Source of the DNA: an uncultured Candidatus Saccharibacteria bacterium
GTDB lineage: Bacteria > Patescibacteriota > Saccharimonadia > Saccharimonadales > Saccharimonadaceae
Reading direction: 5' to 3'
NCBI GenBank assembly: GCA_938041005.1
Contig: CALHZJ010000114.1
Location: 1 to 54,964 of the forward strand
Length of the DNA stretch: 54,964 bases
A program made the position numbers and the translations under genes. Every line of letters starts with the position of its first letter. Position 1 is the first letter of the stretch. Below the pieces are notes generated by a model. It was not told the origin of the DNA. It saw nothing but the letters and a program-made list of their open reading frames with translations, and did not search any database. Shown in pieces: positions 19,794 through 29,415 of the stretch.

Positions 19794-19997
19794 ATGGCAT
19801 CACGATGTGATTTAACAGGCAAAGGCAAGCAGTATGGCAACAACGTCAGCTTCTCCCTGCGCCGCACTAAGCGTGTTTTCAAACCAAATCTTCAGAAGAA
19901 GACTTTTGTTGTTGACGGTCAAAAAATTACCATGACTTTAAGCACAAAAGCTATTCGCACCCTGAAGAAAAAAGGTATTTTGAGTGCAACTAACTAA
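19794..19997 (+). CDS. rpmB: 50S ribosomal protein L28
   Basis: MASRCDLTGK...GNNVSFS..RTKRVFKPNLQ; start at ATG 19794. Confidence 0.96.
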   Translation: MASRCDLTGKGKQYGNNVSFSLRRTKRVFKPNLQKKTFVVDGQKITMTLSTKAIRTLKKKGILSATN

Positions 19998-20025
19998 TAA
20001 GTAATCGCTAAATCAAATTTTAATA

Positions 20026-20060
20026 AAATAACTCCGATTGTATTATCGGAGTTATTTTTA
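20026..20060. terminator. Bidirectional terminator
   Basis: AAAATAACTCCGAT...ATCGGAGTTATTTT between convergent genes. Confidence 0.75.
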
Positions 20061-20077
20061 ATTCAATGAGAAAGACT

Positions 20078-20716
20078 CTAACTTTTCGATATTTGAACAA
20101 CCGTTAAATTATCTGGCAGATCCGTTATTTTCTTTAACTTCCACTTTGAGCCAGCCTCAACAACTGGAGCTCCTAGGTTCTTTACAAACTCATCCACACC
20201 ATCCTGTGGAACTTCATAATGCAAAGTAGCATCACTGTAATGCACCGGAATCACCACCTTAGGGTCTAACTGACGAATTATTGAAGTCGCTCCTATTGCG
20301 TCTAACGTATACCCATTTCCACCGACAGGTAATATTGCAAAATCAACAACACCTATATTTTCGAGCTGATCATCAGTTAGTTTATTCTCAATATTACCAA
20401 CAACCACCCCCTTAGCTTCACCAATCGTAATTTTATATATTGTAGATCTTTTAACATCATCTGCGGTGTCGATATGTCGGCGCGCCGGAATTCCTAATAA
20501 TGAGATGTCTCCGACTTCATATTCACCTGGGCCCGAAAATAGTAGTCTTGGTGTAGAATCCACAACAGCAAACCGATCCTCCGTAACCACTTCTACGTCA
20601 TTATTCACAGAAACATTTTTTCCTCCGACAATCTCTAAATTCGGATCAAATACCACACGAAGTTTCTTTGTAGTAATAATAACAGCATTTGCTCCTTTAT
20701 ACTCTATTTCAAACAT
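20078..20716 (-). CDS. MBL-fold hydrolase-like protein
   Basis: GPGEYEV, LPVGG..YT and PKVVIPVHY motifs; metal-binding motif degenerate. Confidence 0.75.
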   Translation of the reverse strand: MFEIEYKGANAVIITTKKLRVVFDPNLEIVGGKNVSVNNDVEVVTEDRFAVVDSTPRLLFSGPGEYEVGDISLLGIPARRHIDTADDVKRSTIYKITIGEAKGVVVGNIENKLTDDQLENIGVVDFAILPVGGNGYTLDAIGATSIIRQLDPKVVIPVHYSDATLHYEVPQDGVDEFVKNLGAPVVEAGSKWKLKKITDLPDNLTVVQISKS

Positions 20717-20718
20717 AC

Positions 20719-21312
20719 CTACTCCTTTCTCATTATATTTTCCGTATCTACTAATACAGAGTGCTTATTTCTTATAATGTCCATTATAAACCTATCTTTG
20801 ACACTCATCCTATAATAGAAATCATCATAAGATATTACGGCATAATTTATCTCTATTTTTCTATCTTTTTCGATTTTTTTAACAAGATTTTTTATAGTTA
20901 CGGCAGACATGTCATCACCAACTAATAGCAGGTCAACAGAAGAGCTTGATCCGACCACTAATTTTCCCGAAATAATAGCCAGCCTTAAACCTCTCATTCT
21001 TCCTAAAGAATCTTTCCAGGAAACGCCACTCACAGTACTCATGCCGCCTTCTGTATTTTTATCTGAGAATATAGCTGCAAGCGGCTTAATGTAAGGATAG
21101 TCTTCATTTACGCTATAGTACAGTTTATTATCAATAGCATCCTGTTGCACTATACCGACAGACACCATATTAGCTAGCTCTCGACGAACGGAGTTTATCT
21201 GTTCATCAATCATTCTAGTAATCTCTCTCACGTAAAAGGACTTCTCTGGGTTATTCAGAAAAAGATGTAATAATTTTACCCTAGTTTTTGAACCAAATAA
21301 TGAATCAATCAT
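20719..21312 (-). CDS. Winged-HTH protein with nucleotidyltransferase-like C-terminal domain
   Basis: LFGSKTRVKLL, YVREITR, NSVRREL (HTH); 'SSVDLLLVGD' NTase-like strand. Confidence 0.75.
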   Translation of the reverse strand: MIDSLFGSKTRVKLLHLFLNNPEKSFYVREITRMIDEQINSVRRELANMVSVGIVQQDAIDNKLYYSVNEDYPYIKPLAAIFSDKNTEGGMSTVSGVSWKDSLGRMRGLRLAIISGKLVVGSSSSVDLLLVGDDMSAVTIKNLVKKIEKDRKIEINYAVISYDDFYYRMSVKDRFIMDIIRNKHSVLVDTENIMRKE

Positions 21313-21336
21313 TGTACTATAATTGTAACATATTTT

Positions 21337-22239
21337 TTACTTACTATCTAATACTCGAGATAAATATTGTTCACACGAATGAACATCTCCCCATTCAATA
21401 AATGGGTTTCGTCTAAACCACGTCAGCTGACGTTTTACTAAGTTTACGTCGCTAACAATAAACTCCTGAATAGCCTGATCTTCGTCTATTTCTTTCTCGA
21501 TTAATTTCTTAATAATAGGATAAACATTACCTGTCATAGCCTCATTACACCACCCGGTATTATTGACTAATCCTATTGTTTCTTCTACAACACCATCCTT
21601 GAACATTTTTTTTGCTCTATCTGTAATCCTTCGTTTTAATAGCTGTTTCTCTGTAGTAATTCCGACAACGATGGTATTATTCAATGGAGCCTCCAGTCCA
21701 GACGGCTTTTTATAAGCTCGCTCAATAGCTCTAACTAGATATCTTTTATTTTTACTATTCTCCGGCAAGACTACATCGTGATTGACGCAGTATTGCTGAA
21801 GTTCAGATATTGTCATTTCTTGTAAGTCAGTTCTCTTTTCTTTGCTGGATTTAGCTCCAAACTGAAAATCAAATATAACAGAATCAATATACAACCCTGT
21901 TCCACCAACAAGAAATGGAATATTTCCTCGACTTCGGATTTCTTTAATCTTTTGACAGGCATAGTCCTTAAATTGCGACACACTAAAAGAATCTCCTGGA
22001 TCTACTAAGTCAAGACCCCAATGAGAGACCCTCTGCCGTTCACTCAAAGAAGGCTTAGCTGTCCCAATATTCATACCACGATAGACAGTCCTACTATCAG
22101 CGCAAATTATCTCTCCTCTATACTTCTTTGCTAATTGTATAGCTAATGATGTTTTGCCACTAGCAGTAGGACCAATAATTACAATTAGCGGTAGGCGATC
22201 TTCATCAACGCCATTATCCAATTTTATAAACCCATCCAA
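21337..22239 (-). CDS. miaA: tRNA dimethylallyltransferase
   Basis: GPTASGKT, ADSRTVYRGMNIGTAKP, VGGTGLY, KRQLTWF. Confidence 0.95.
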   Translation of the reverse strand: MDGFIKLDNGVDEDRLPLIVIIGPTASGKTSLAIQLAKKYRGEIICADSRTVYRGMNIGTAKPSLSERQRVSHWGLDLVDPGDSFSVSQFKDYACQKIKEIRSRGNIPFLVGGTGLYIDSVIFDFQFGAKSSKEKRTDLQEMTISELQQYCVNHDVVLPENSKNKRYLVRAIERAYKKPSGLEAPLNNTIVVGITTEKQLLKRRITDRAKKMFKDGVVEETIGLVNNTGWCNEAMTGNVYPIIKKLIEKEIDEDQAIQEFIVSDVNLVKRQLTWFRRNPFIEWGDVHSCEQYLSRVLDSK

Positions 22240-22250
22240 TTAGCTTAATC

Positions 22251-24062
22251 CTACAAGGACTTTATATACTCAGCAAGCTGCTCCAACGATATTTTTTCTT
22301 CGCCAGATTGCGTGCGAACACTAACCTCGTTAGCTTCCATGTCCTTTGGTCCTACGATAAGTTGAACAGGTATCTTCATAGAGGTAGCTTCCCTAATCTT
22401 CTTGCCTAATGATTCATTTCTAGAATCTATTGTAAATCTTACATCGTTATATCTAACTGGCTCCATGAGGGTAATGTCTGATAATATAGTTGTTATTTTA
22501 TCAACATATTCTAACACTGTGTCGTTAATCGTCAAAATACGAACCTGTTCTGGAACCGCCCAAAACGGAAACCATCCGCCAGTGTGTTCTATAAATACAC
22601 TCAAAAATCGCTCGACCGACCCCAATAAGGCACAGTGAATCATAACTGGTGTTGTAAAATTGCCATCATTATCCGCATACTCCAAACCAAACCTTTGTGG
22701 TTGCACGAAATCTAGCTGCACAGTTGCAACTTGATGTTCACGGCCGATTGCATCCGTTGCCATAAAGTCAATCTTTGGACCATAAAATGCCGCCTCACCC
22801 TCTTGTTCAAAATAGTCCAAGCCTACTTTCTCAACAGCAGACTTTAACTGGTTCTGTGCGGAATCCCATAAGCTAAGGTCGCCTAAATACGAATCAGACT
22901 CGTCACGATAGCTTAATCTAACCCTGAGCTTCATATTGATTGAGCCATATAACTCACGAGCAGCAGATAGCAAATTATTAATCTCGCCTTCAATCTGATC
23001 AGTACGACAAAATATATGACTATCATCTTGTGTTAATGAGCGTACGCGATTTAACCCGCCTAACTCACCAGTTTTTTCGTCACGATAATCTGTTGTCGTC
23101 TCCAAGTACCTTACCGGCATATCACGATAACTTCGCGGTCGTGAGGCGAAAATTTGCGTATGATGCGGACAATTCATGGGCTTAAGAGCCATCTCATCAC
23201 TAGTTTCTTGGCTTTTAACTAAAAATAATTCCTCTCCAAACTTAGCCCAATGGCCCGATGTTTCATATAGATCTTTTTTCGTAATATGAGGAGTCCAGAC
23301 CTTTTCAAAGCCAAACTTCTGTCTCAGCTGGTTCGAATATTGAGCCACTATATCTCGTAAAATCGTACCGCGAGGAGTAAACAAAGGCAAACCAATCCCT
23401 ACCAGAGGAGAGGTCGTATATAGATCAAGCTCCTTGCCTAACTTGCGATGATCTCGCTGTTTTGCAATTTCCAATCTATTAAGATATTCATCCAGCTCTT
23501 CCTGCGTAGCAAACGCTACACCATATATTCGCTGCATTTGTGGATTATTCTCATTGCCTCGCCAATATGCTCCAGCTGTCTTAGTAAGCTTAAATGCGCC
23601 AACTTTTCCAGTACTGTCCACATGTCCACCCCTACACAAATCGGTGTAATCACCCTGAGAATACAAAGAAACAGTCTCGACTTTACTATCGCCATCAGAC
23701 ACAGATCCCATTTTTTCTCCAGCTAATTCGCTAGCAACGGTAGTACCGGATCTTTTGAGGTCATTCAGTAGTTCCACCTTAAATGACTGATCTCCCTTTA
23801 TAGCCCAATCAATAGCCTCTTCTACCGACACGTCGCGCCTCTCAAACGGATAATCAGCCGCTACAATCTTTCGCATCTCCTCTTCTATCTTCGGAAGATC
23901 AGCTTCAGAAATTGTCCCGTTGTCAAGATAAATATCATAGTAAAAACCATTGTCGATAGCTGGACCCACGCCGAATTTCGCCTGAGGCCATAAATGCTGA
24001 ATAGCCTGTGCCATAATGTGCGCTAGACTGTGTCTCATAAATTTTAGTTCTTCTTCACTCAT
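22251..24062 (-). CDS. thrS: Threonine--tRNA ligase (no N-terminal TGS domain)
   Basis: RHSLAH, DLCRGGH, RDHRKLG, KPMNCP, AFYGPKID. Confidence 0.98.
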   Translation of the reverse strand: MSEEELKFMRHSLAHIMAQAIQHLWPQAKFGVGPAIDNGFYYDIYLDNGTISEADLPKIEEEMRKIVAADYPFERRDVSVEEAIDWAIKGDQSFKVELLNDLKRSGTTVASELAGEKMGSVSDGDSKVETVSLYSQGDYTDLCRGGHVDSTGKVGAFKLTKTAGAYWRGNENNPQMQRIYGVAFATQEELDEYLNRLEIAKQRDHRKLGKELDLYTTSPLVGIGLPLFTPRGTILRDIVAQYSNQLRQKFGFEKVWTPHITKKDLYETSGHWAKFGEELFLVKSQETSDEMALKPMNCPHHTQIFASRPRSYRDMPVRYLETTTDYRDEKTGELGGLNRVRSLTQDDSHIFCRTDQIEGEINNLLSAARELYGSINMKLRVRLSYRDESDSYLGDLSLWDSAQNQLKSAVEKVGLDYFEQEGEAAFYGPKIDFMATDAIGREHQVATVQLDFVQPQRFGLEYADNDGNFTTPVMIHCALLGSVERFLSVFIEHTGGWFPFWAVPEQVRILTINDTVLEYVDKITTILSDITLMEPVRYNDVRFTIDSRNESLGKKIREATSMKIPVQLIVGPKDMEANEVSVRTQSGEEKISLEQLAEYIKSL

Positions 24063-24122
24063 ATCAATATTATACCACGCTCCTTGATAGTAGGTATCTG
24101 TTATGATAATATTATTATATCT

Positions 24123-24199
24123 GGGCGATTAGCTCATTTGGCTAGAGCGCTTCATTGACGTTGAAGAGGTGAGAGGTTCGAATCCTCTATTGCCCACCA
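24123..24199 (+). tRNA. tRNA-Val(GAC)
   Basis: Cloverleaf, anticodon loop TTGACGT, CCA; terminator hairpin at about 24216-24249. Confidence 0.94.
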
Positions 24200-24340
24200 G
24201 ATACGACAATTGTATAACTCTTTATCAGTTACTGATGAAGAGTTTTTTTAATGTCGTAAAGGAGTATAGAAAATGACCAAACCTACACGTTTGCCATGCA
24301 GACCTTGACTTTATTCAATAAGTATGTTAGAATTTAAAGT

Positions 24341-24466
24341 ATGAGTAAACATGACTCGCCTAGTTTAGGCACAAAAAAGCCACAACACTGTTCTTTATTG
24401 AGCAAGGCAAAAATTCACTACGAATATAATAAGAAGATCAACGAAGAAAGATCTATACTTAATTAA
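24341..24466 (+). other. Small transcription unit: 41-aa ORF or sRNA
   Basis: TTGACT-17-TAGAAT promoter (24305-24333), ATG 7 nt later, terminator AATCGCCTC/GAGGCGATTTTT (about 24486-24512). Confidence 0.45.
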
Positions 24467-24569
24467 GTTTCCAGACTCACAGAGCAATCGCCTCTATAAT
24501 GAGGCGATTTTTATTTTACACAGCACTTTTCCACTGGATTTTTTTATAGTTGTATGTCAATATATTGAT

Positions 24570-25055
24570 ATGATATGCATAAAATGTTTTCACGAAAAAA
24601 CCCACGTAACAAATTCTCGTCAAAATAAAAAATACCCAATAACCTGGCGTAGACATATATGCGACCAATGCGGTTATTCTTTTACAACCTACGAAAAGCC
24701 TGTGATTTCCCTCGTTGTCATATCACAAGATGGCGAGAAAAATAATTTTTCTATAGGAAAACTGATACTTAGTATTGCGCAAAGTTTTAATCATAACGAA
24801 AAATTAGCAGGCTCATATAGCTATGACTTGGCCAATACTATACAAGATAAATTAATACACCTACAAAACAAACCCGCGATATCATCTCAACACATCGCCG
24901 AAATAACACACTCAACATTACAGAATTTCGACCAAATAGCCGCACTGCAATACGCAGCACAACATAATCTTATAATCTCTCAGAGAAAGAGGCGTCGCGG
25001 TCGTCCTTCTTTTTCTTATTCTGAGCACGATTTTGATCATTCATCTCTACGGTAG
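24570..25055 (+). CDS. nrdR: NrdR-family transcriptional repressor (divergent)
   Basis: CxxC...NSR...WRRHxCxxC..FTTYE zinc ribbon plus ATP-cone-like region. Overlaps the convergent GT2 gene by 86 nt. Confidence 0.8.
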   Translation: MICIKCFHEKTHVTNSRQNKKYPITWRRHICDQCGYSFTTYEKPVISLVVISQDGEKNNFSIGKLILSIAQSFNHNEKLAGSYSYDLANTIQDKLIHLQNKPAISSQHIAEITHSTLQNFDQIAALQYAAQHNLIISQRKRRRGRPSFSYSEHDFDHSSLR

Positions 25056-26661
25056 TCTTCTCCGTCACGTCAAACTTATCAAGATATTTACCAAGCAAAA
25101 GATGAGTTTGTGCATTATATGACGCCAAAGAGCTATATACAATAGAAGTAATAGGCATCAAGAACCATTGTAAGACCATCAATGTATTTCTACTCTTCTT
25201 GTATCTTTCTGGACGAGGCGGCAACAACTTGAACGATACAAAAATCAATACCAAAATACTTATCATAGCTACTTGTTGTATTAAACTAACGGTATCTGGT
25301 AATTGATGGGCAGCGACACTACGCGCAGCTTCACTATTCAGCACAAGAGGAGCCCATCCACCGAAAGCGACAATTAGGGCAATACAAGCCTGAGTTACAT
25401 GACCATCCAATAATCTCACAAACCTAGCCAGGCTGGGCCAAAATTTTACCGTCCTATTTTTATTAAATATGTTGTTACCAACATACGCCACGTCTGAGGC
25501 TCCATAGCTCCAGCGTCGCAGCTGAATAAACTGAGCTTTTAATGTTTTTTTATAACTATTAGCCAACACTGCATCTTGATAAATCGGCACAAAAATTGGC
25601 ACAACTTCATAATTACCATCAAAATAGAAATAGCTTCTCCAGTACTGGTGACCATCCTCAACAATTGTTCGAGTGCTCCAAAAGTTCATCTCAACGAGAG
25701 CATTCATCGGTTGCGAATGTGACGCAAAGTTACGCAAAGAATATGGGCGCATGGAGCTGATAATATTCCAGAATGAGTTCCCTGTCGCCACTACTCGCAT
25801 CGGCGCAGGGACATCCCATATATTATTAGTGAACAAACATATTGGCTGGAACGATAAATGTTTTCTGTCTTCATGAGTAATATATTCATATGTCACATAA
25901 TCAAAGTAATACTTATGCGGCTTATTATCACAGTCCATCGTTGTAACAATAACATCAGAACAGGCTATTTCTTCCTGTTGTAAATATTGCTCCAGCCACT
26001 TGCCTGCATACGTGATATTTCCACCCTTACCAACTACCTCATTTGGCAGATCTTTCGGATGTTTTACAATGTGGAAAGAATGAAAGTACTTACCGTATTT
26101 CTTTTTCAGTATTTTAGCCGTTGTATCAATATCAACACCACCACGCTCTTCGTACGCAAAAACTACAATCAGACGCTCCTTATCATATGTTGTATCTAAA
26201 ACTGATTTAAGAGCAGGCTCAATCACTTCTATACTCTCGTTGTATGCAGGCATAATAAGAGCGTTGTAAATATTACTAGGTTTAGGATAGTACCCATCTT
26301 CCGCAGCAGACATAAATTTTAGGTTATCTACATGTTGTTGATATAACAACTCCTTAGATTGATTATCTCTCAGCCTAGAATAGGCCTCCTTCGGATTTTC
26401 CAAATCAGACAGCCGCTTATTCCAGTCGACTTTTGAAGCTTTTACCATATTATTATGACCATTAACTATCCTATAGCTGATAGCTATTGTTTTTACAAAA
26501 GCAATTAGTATTATAGTCAACAAATAAATTGATGCCAGAACGGGACTTAAAATAGACAAAACGATCAAAAGAACAATAGCCCCGTAGCTTAATAATCCAG
26601 GAAGCATCTCAAGAAAACGATATTTTTTTGTTCGTTTACCAAGTGGGATTTCAATGTCCAT
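24970..26661 (-). CDS. Membrane GT2-family glycosyltransferase
   Basis: MPAYNE, GKGGN, DCD, VEDG and QLRRW processive-GT2 motifs; TMs at both ends. Confidence 0.88.
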   Translation of the reverse strand: MDIEIPLGKRTKKYRFLEMLPGLLSYGAIVLLIVLSILSPVLASIYLLTIILIAFVKTIAISYRIVNGHNNMVKASKVDWNKRLSDLENPKEAYSRLRDNQSKELLYQQHVDNLKFMSAAEDGYYPKPSNIYNALIMPAYNESIEVIEPALKSVLDTTYDKERLIVVFAYEERGGVDIDTTAKILKKKYGKYFHSFHIVKHPKDLPNEVVGKGGNITYAGKWLEQYLQQEEIACSDVIVTTMDCDNKPHKYYFDYVTYEYITHEDRKHLSFQPICLFTNNIWDVPAPMRVVATGNSFWNIISSMRPYSLRNFASHSQPMNALVEMNFWSTRTIVEDGHQYWRSYFYFDGNYEVVPIFVPIYQDAVLANSYKKTLKAQFIQLRRWSYGASDVAYVGNNIFNKNRTVKFWPSLARFVRLLDGHVTQACIALIVAFGGWAPLVLNSEAARSVAAHQLPDTVSLIQQVAMISILVLIFVSFKLLPPRPERYKKSRNTLMVLQWFLMPITSIVYSSLASYNAQTHLLLGKYLDKFDVTEKTTVEMNDQNRAQNKKKKDDRDASFSERL

Positions 26662-26664
26662 GTA

Positions 26665-27042
26665 TTATCCTATCGATGCAATTTTAATTATAGAATAGGC
26701 TAAAATAGCTAAAATAGCTAAAATACCCAACGTTAACCACAAAAGAAATATAGCCAAACTTCGTTTCTCTAGTGAAATTAACTTGACACTTAGCGCAGAG
26801 TGACCAAAAACTATCATAAACGCCAAAGCAAAATAACTAAGCAGACTAGACCAATGGCTCCTATAAAAATTCGCATTACCATACGTAGTGTAGCGCGTAA
26901 TAACCTGAGCTTCGCTATGTTTTATTGATGATCCTAAAAATATAGATACAACAATAGCCACAACAGCGTTAACGATCAAAAGAGTTACCACAGTCCTGTC
27001 GCTAAAAACAATTTTTATCGATTTCTTTATAGTGTCTTTCAT
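26665..27042 (-). CDS. Three-TM hypothetical membrane protein
   Basis: Hydrophobic ORF directly after tRNA-Thr. Confidence 0.75.
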   Translation of the reverse strand: MKDTIKKSIKIVFSDRTVVTLLIVNAVVAIVVSIFLGSSIKHSEAQVITRYTTYGNANFYRSHWSSLLSYFALAFMIVFGHSALSVKLISLEKRSLAIFLLWLTLGILAILAILAYSIIKIASIG

Positions 27043-27046
27043 AAAA

Positions 27047-27122
27047 TGGAGCCGTTGACTGGGCTTGAACCAGCGACCTGCTCGTTACGAATGAGCTGCT
27101 CTACCAGCTGAGCTACAACGGC
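27047..27122 (-). tRNA. tRNA-Thr(CGT)
   Basis: GCCGTTG...CAACGGC-TCCA, anticodon loop TTCGTAA. Confidence 0.94.
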
Positions 27123-27174
27123 AAACTCCTTAGGAAATTATAGCAAAAATAGGAGTTTTTTCAAACTAGAACGA

Positions 27175-28173
27175 CTATTTATCAATTGAAATGAAATATT
27201 TTACTTTATTGTTATTTTTTAAGTAGTTAAACTGGTTATTAAATTCAGTTAATGGAACTTTTACATAAGAGTAATTTACGGTGTTGCCTTCAATATTATT
27301 AAGCGTCACAAAGTAATATCCATCACCTGAAAGGGTCTTTATTGGACCTGAAATTTTACCCTTTGTTAATGACATAGCCGCTTTCGTTAGGCCTCCGTCA
27401 GAATTATCCGTAGAGACGGATAGATCAAATACTGACTGCACCTTGTCGCCCATTTCCGTAGCAATGTCCTTTAAGGATTTACCCTCTTGCAGCCTCTTCT
27501 TAATGTCAGACGCTAGATTATTAGTTGTTTTATCAATCTTAAAAGATACTTCCTGCTTTAACAAAGTATATTTCATAGCAGTTTTTAGCTCATCCATTGA
27601 CCAATGAAGATTGTCTTTCACTACAGACTCATAAGCGGACTGCGATAGCTTGCTAGATTCCTGCTGTTTTTTGATAAGATCTTGAACCTTTTTATCATCT
27701 ACCGTAATATTATTTTCTCTCGCAAGCTTTTTGGCATATGCCACCTCCAACGCCTTATCTATGGACTGGTTTTGATAGAACTTGACTTTATCCTTTTGAT
27801 CCGCTTGCCCCTGAGACTGCAATACTGCCAACGAACTACGATGGTACAGAAGATAATCACTATACTCGGCATTTTCTCCGTCAATATTAGCCACAGGAAG
27901 AGGTAAAATCTTAGTTATCCTATATGCGATATCGCTTGTATCTTTCCAGACATATAACTGTGCCCAACCAAGAGCAATGAAAACAATCAGAATAACAGCA
28001 CTAACGAGCATCGTTATCCATACCAATCGACGTTTGGTGTATTGGATGGGATATTTATGCTTACGACCAGCCGCCAAAACCTTCTCACGGTGCTGAGCTA
28101 CTGTATCGTTTGTAATCCTCTTAGGTAGCTCCTTCGGCTGTTTTTTATCTTTACGGTTCAATAGATTCTTCAT
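27175..28173 (-). CDS. SurA/PrsA-like membrane-anchored chaperone
   Basis: Single TM, 'PVANIDGE', 'AKKLARENNITV', degenerate parvulin 'ISGPIKT..GYY'. Confidence 0.75.
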   Translation of the reverse strand: MKNLLNRKDKKQPKELPKRITNDTVAQHREKVLAAGRKHKYPIQYTKRRLVWITMLVSAVILIVFIALGWAQLYVWKDTSDIAYRITKILPLPVANIDGENAEYSDYLLYHRSSLAVLQSQGQADQKDKVKFYQNQSIDKALEVAYAKKLARENNITVDDKKVQDLIKKQQESSKLSQSAYESVVKDNLHWSMDELKTAMKYTLLKQEVSFKIDKTTNNLASDIKKRLQEGKSLKDIATEMGDKVQSVFDLSVSTDNSDGGLTKAAMSLTKGKISGPIKTLSGDGYYFVTLNNIEGNTVNYSYVKVPLTEFNNQFNYLKNNNKVKYFISIDK

Positions 28174-28681
28174 TGATATCCTCCTTCTTTGTCGAAATTT
28201 CCACTGCGTCTTGTAGTTTATTATAGATCTTATCTGGATGTTCTACGTTTTTTATAACAAGATCTCCAACAAAAGTTTGAATAACTATTGTACCAAACTT
28301 AAACATTTCTCCGCTAAACCCCGGGATACTATAACTAATATTCTGGATCTTTGACAATTTCAGCTCAATGACATCTTTACCAAAAAATCCATGCTGAGTA
28401 ATCTGACGAATCCTCTGATCGGTAACAATATAGTAAGTATAAAACCACATCAAAAAATGATAGAAAAAGAGCATCAAACCAAAAATAAATCCACCAACAA
28501 ATACCCATAAAAGATTCAAATTATCTTGCCAAATTAAAAAAGGCAATGAACCAAGCGCCATTGATCCGAGAAGCAGATAAAATCCTTTTCTCATAGCGAT
28601 TATGTGACGACGAAACACAAACAACAGTTGCTCTCCGTCGCGCTGCCCATCAAATTGCTTATCTTTAATTTGCTCTGTCAT
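28151..28681 (-). CDS. Bacterial PH-domain membrane protein
   Basis: Two TMs, then YIVTDQRI...KIQNIS...FGTIVIQT. Confidence 0.8.
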   Translation of the reverse strand: MTEQIKDKQFDGQRDGEQLLFVFRRHIIAMRKGFYLLLGSMALGSLPFLIWQDNLNLLWVFVGGFIFGLMLFFYHFLMWFYTYYIVTDQRIRQITQHGFFGKDVIELKLSKIQNISYSIPGFSGEMFKFGTIVIQTFVGDLVIKNVEHPDKIYNKLQDAVEISTKKEDINEESIEP

Positions 28682-28686
28682 ATATC

Positions 28687-28763
28687 TGGTACCCCGGGCA
28701 GGAGTCGAACCTACAACCTTATCCTTAGGACGGATCTGCTCTATCCAGTTGAGCTACCGAGGC
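28687..28763 (-). tRNA. tRNA-Arg(CCT)
   Basis: GCCTCGG...CCGGGGT-ACCA, anticodon loop GTCCTAA. Confidence 0.9.
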
Positions 28764-28804
28764 ATACAACCATTATACCACGGCAACTCTCAGGAAAGAC
28801 TAGC

Positions 28805-29329
28805 TTAGCGAGTAAACTTTTCACTTAATGTGTGATAATTTACCAATTCTTCCGGCTTGAACCAGTGCTCGATCTCACGAACAGCCTCATCTGAATCGCC
28901 AGATGCGTGAATTAAATTTGGAACTCCCTTTTGACACTCATCTGCATAGCCAAAACTAATGTGTGAATAATCACCGCGAATTGTTCCCATGTCAGCCGAC
29001 TTAGGCTCTGTTGGACCAACAATCTTCCTAACAACAGCAACAGCTTCAACACCCTCTAGTACCATTGCTATGACCGGACCGTCCATCATCATATCTAATG
29101 TTATATTCAAAGTTCCCTCACCTCGACGAGTAGCCAATTTACCAATGTCTTCGTAATGAGCATAGTAATGGTCCCTAGATGGTGATGTCATTTTTACACC
29201 AACTATTTTTAGGCCAACTCGCTCAAAACGTTGTAAAATTTCCCCAACGATACCTCGTTGAACTGCGTCAGGCTTAAAGACGATCAATGTCCTCTCAACA
29301 CCACAGTAGTTTTTTTCGCTTTCTGCCAT
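28805..29329 (-). CDS. ndk: Nucleoside diphosphate kinase
   Basis: ERTLIVFKPDAVQRG, GTIRGD, NLIHAS. Confidence 0.96.
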   Translation of the reverse strand: MAESEKNYCGVERTLIVFKPDAVQRGIVGEILQRFERVGLKIVGVKMTSPSRDHYYAHYEDIGKLATRRGEGTLNITLDMMMDGPVIAMVLEGVEAVAVVRKIVGPTEPKSADMGTIRGDYSHISFGYADECQKGVPNLIHASGDSDEAVREIEHWFKPEELVNYHTLSEKFTR

Positions 29330-29415
29330 AGATACTCCTCTGCTTATTATTTTCTAATATAGTAGCAGAAATAAATAATTTGATAAACATATTCATTAGC
29401 GATAGAATAAATATT

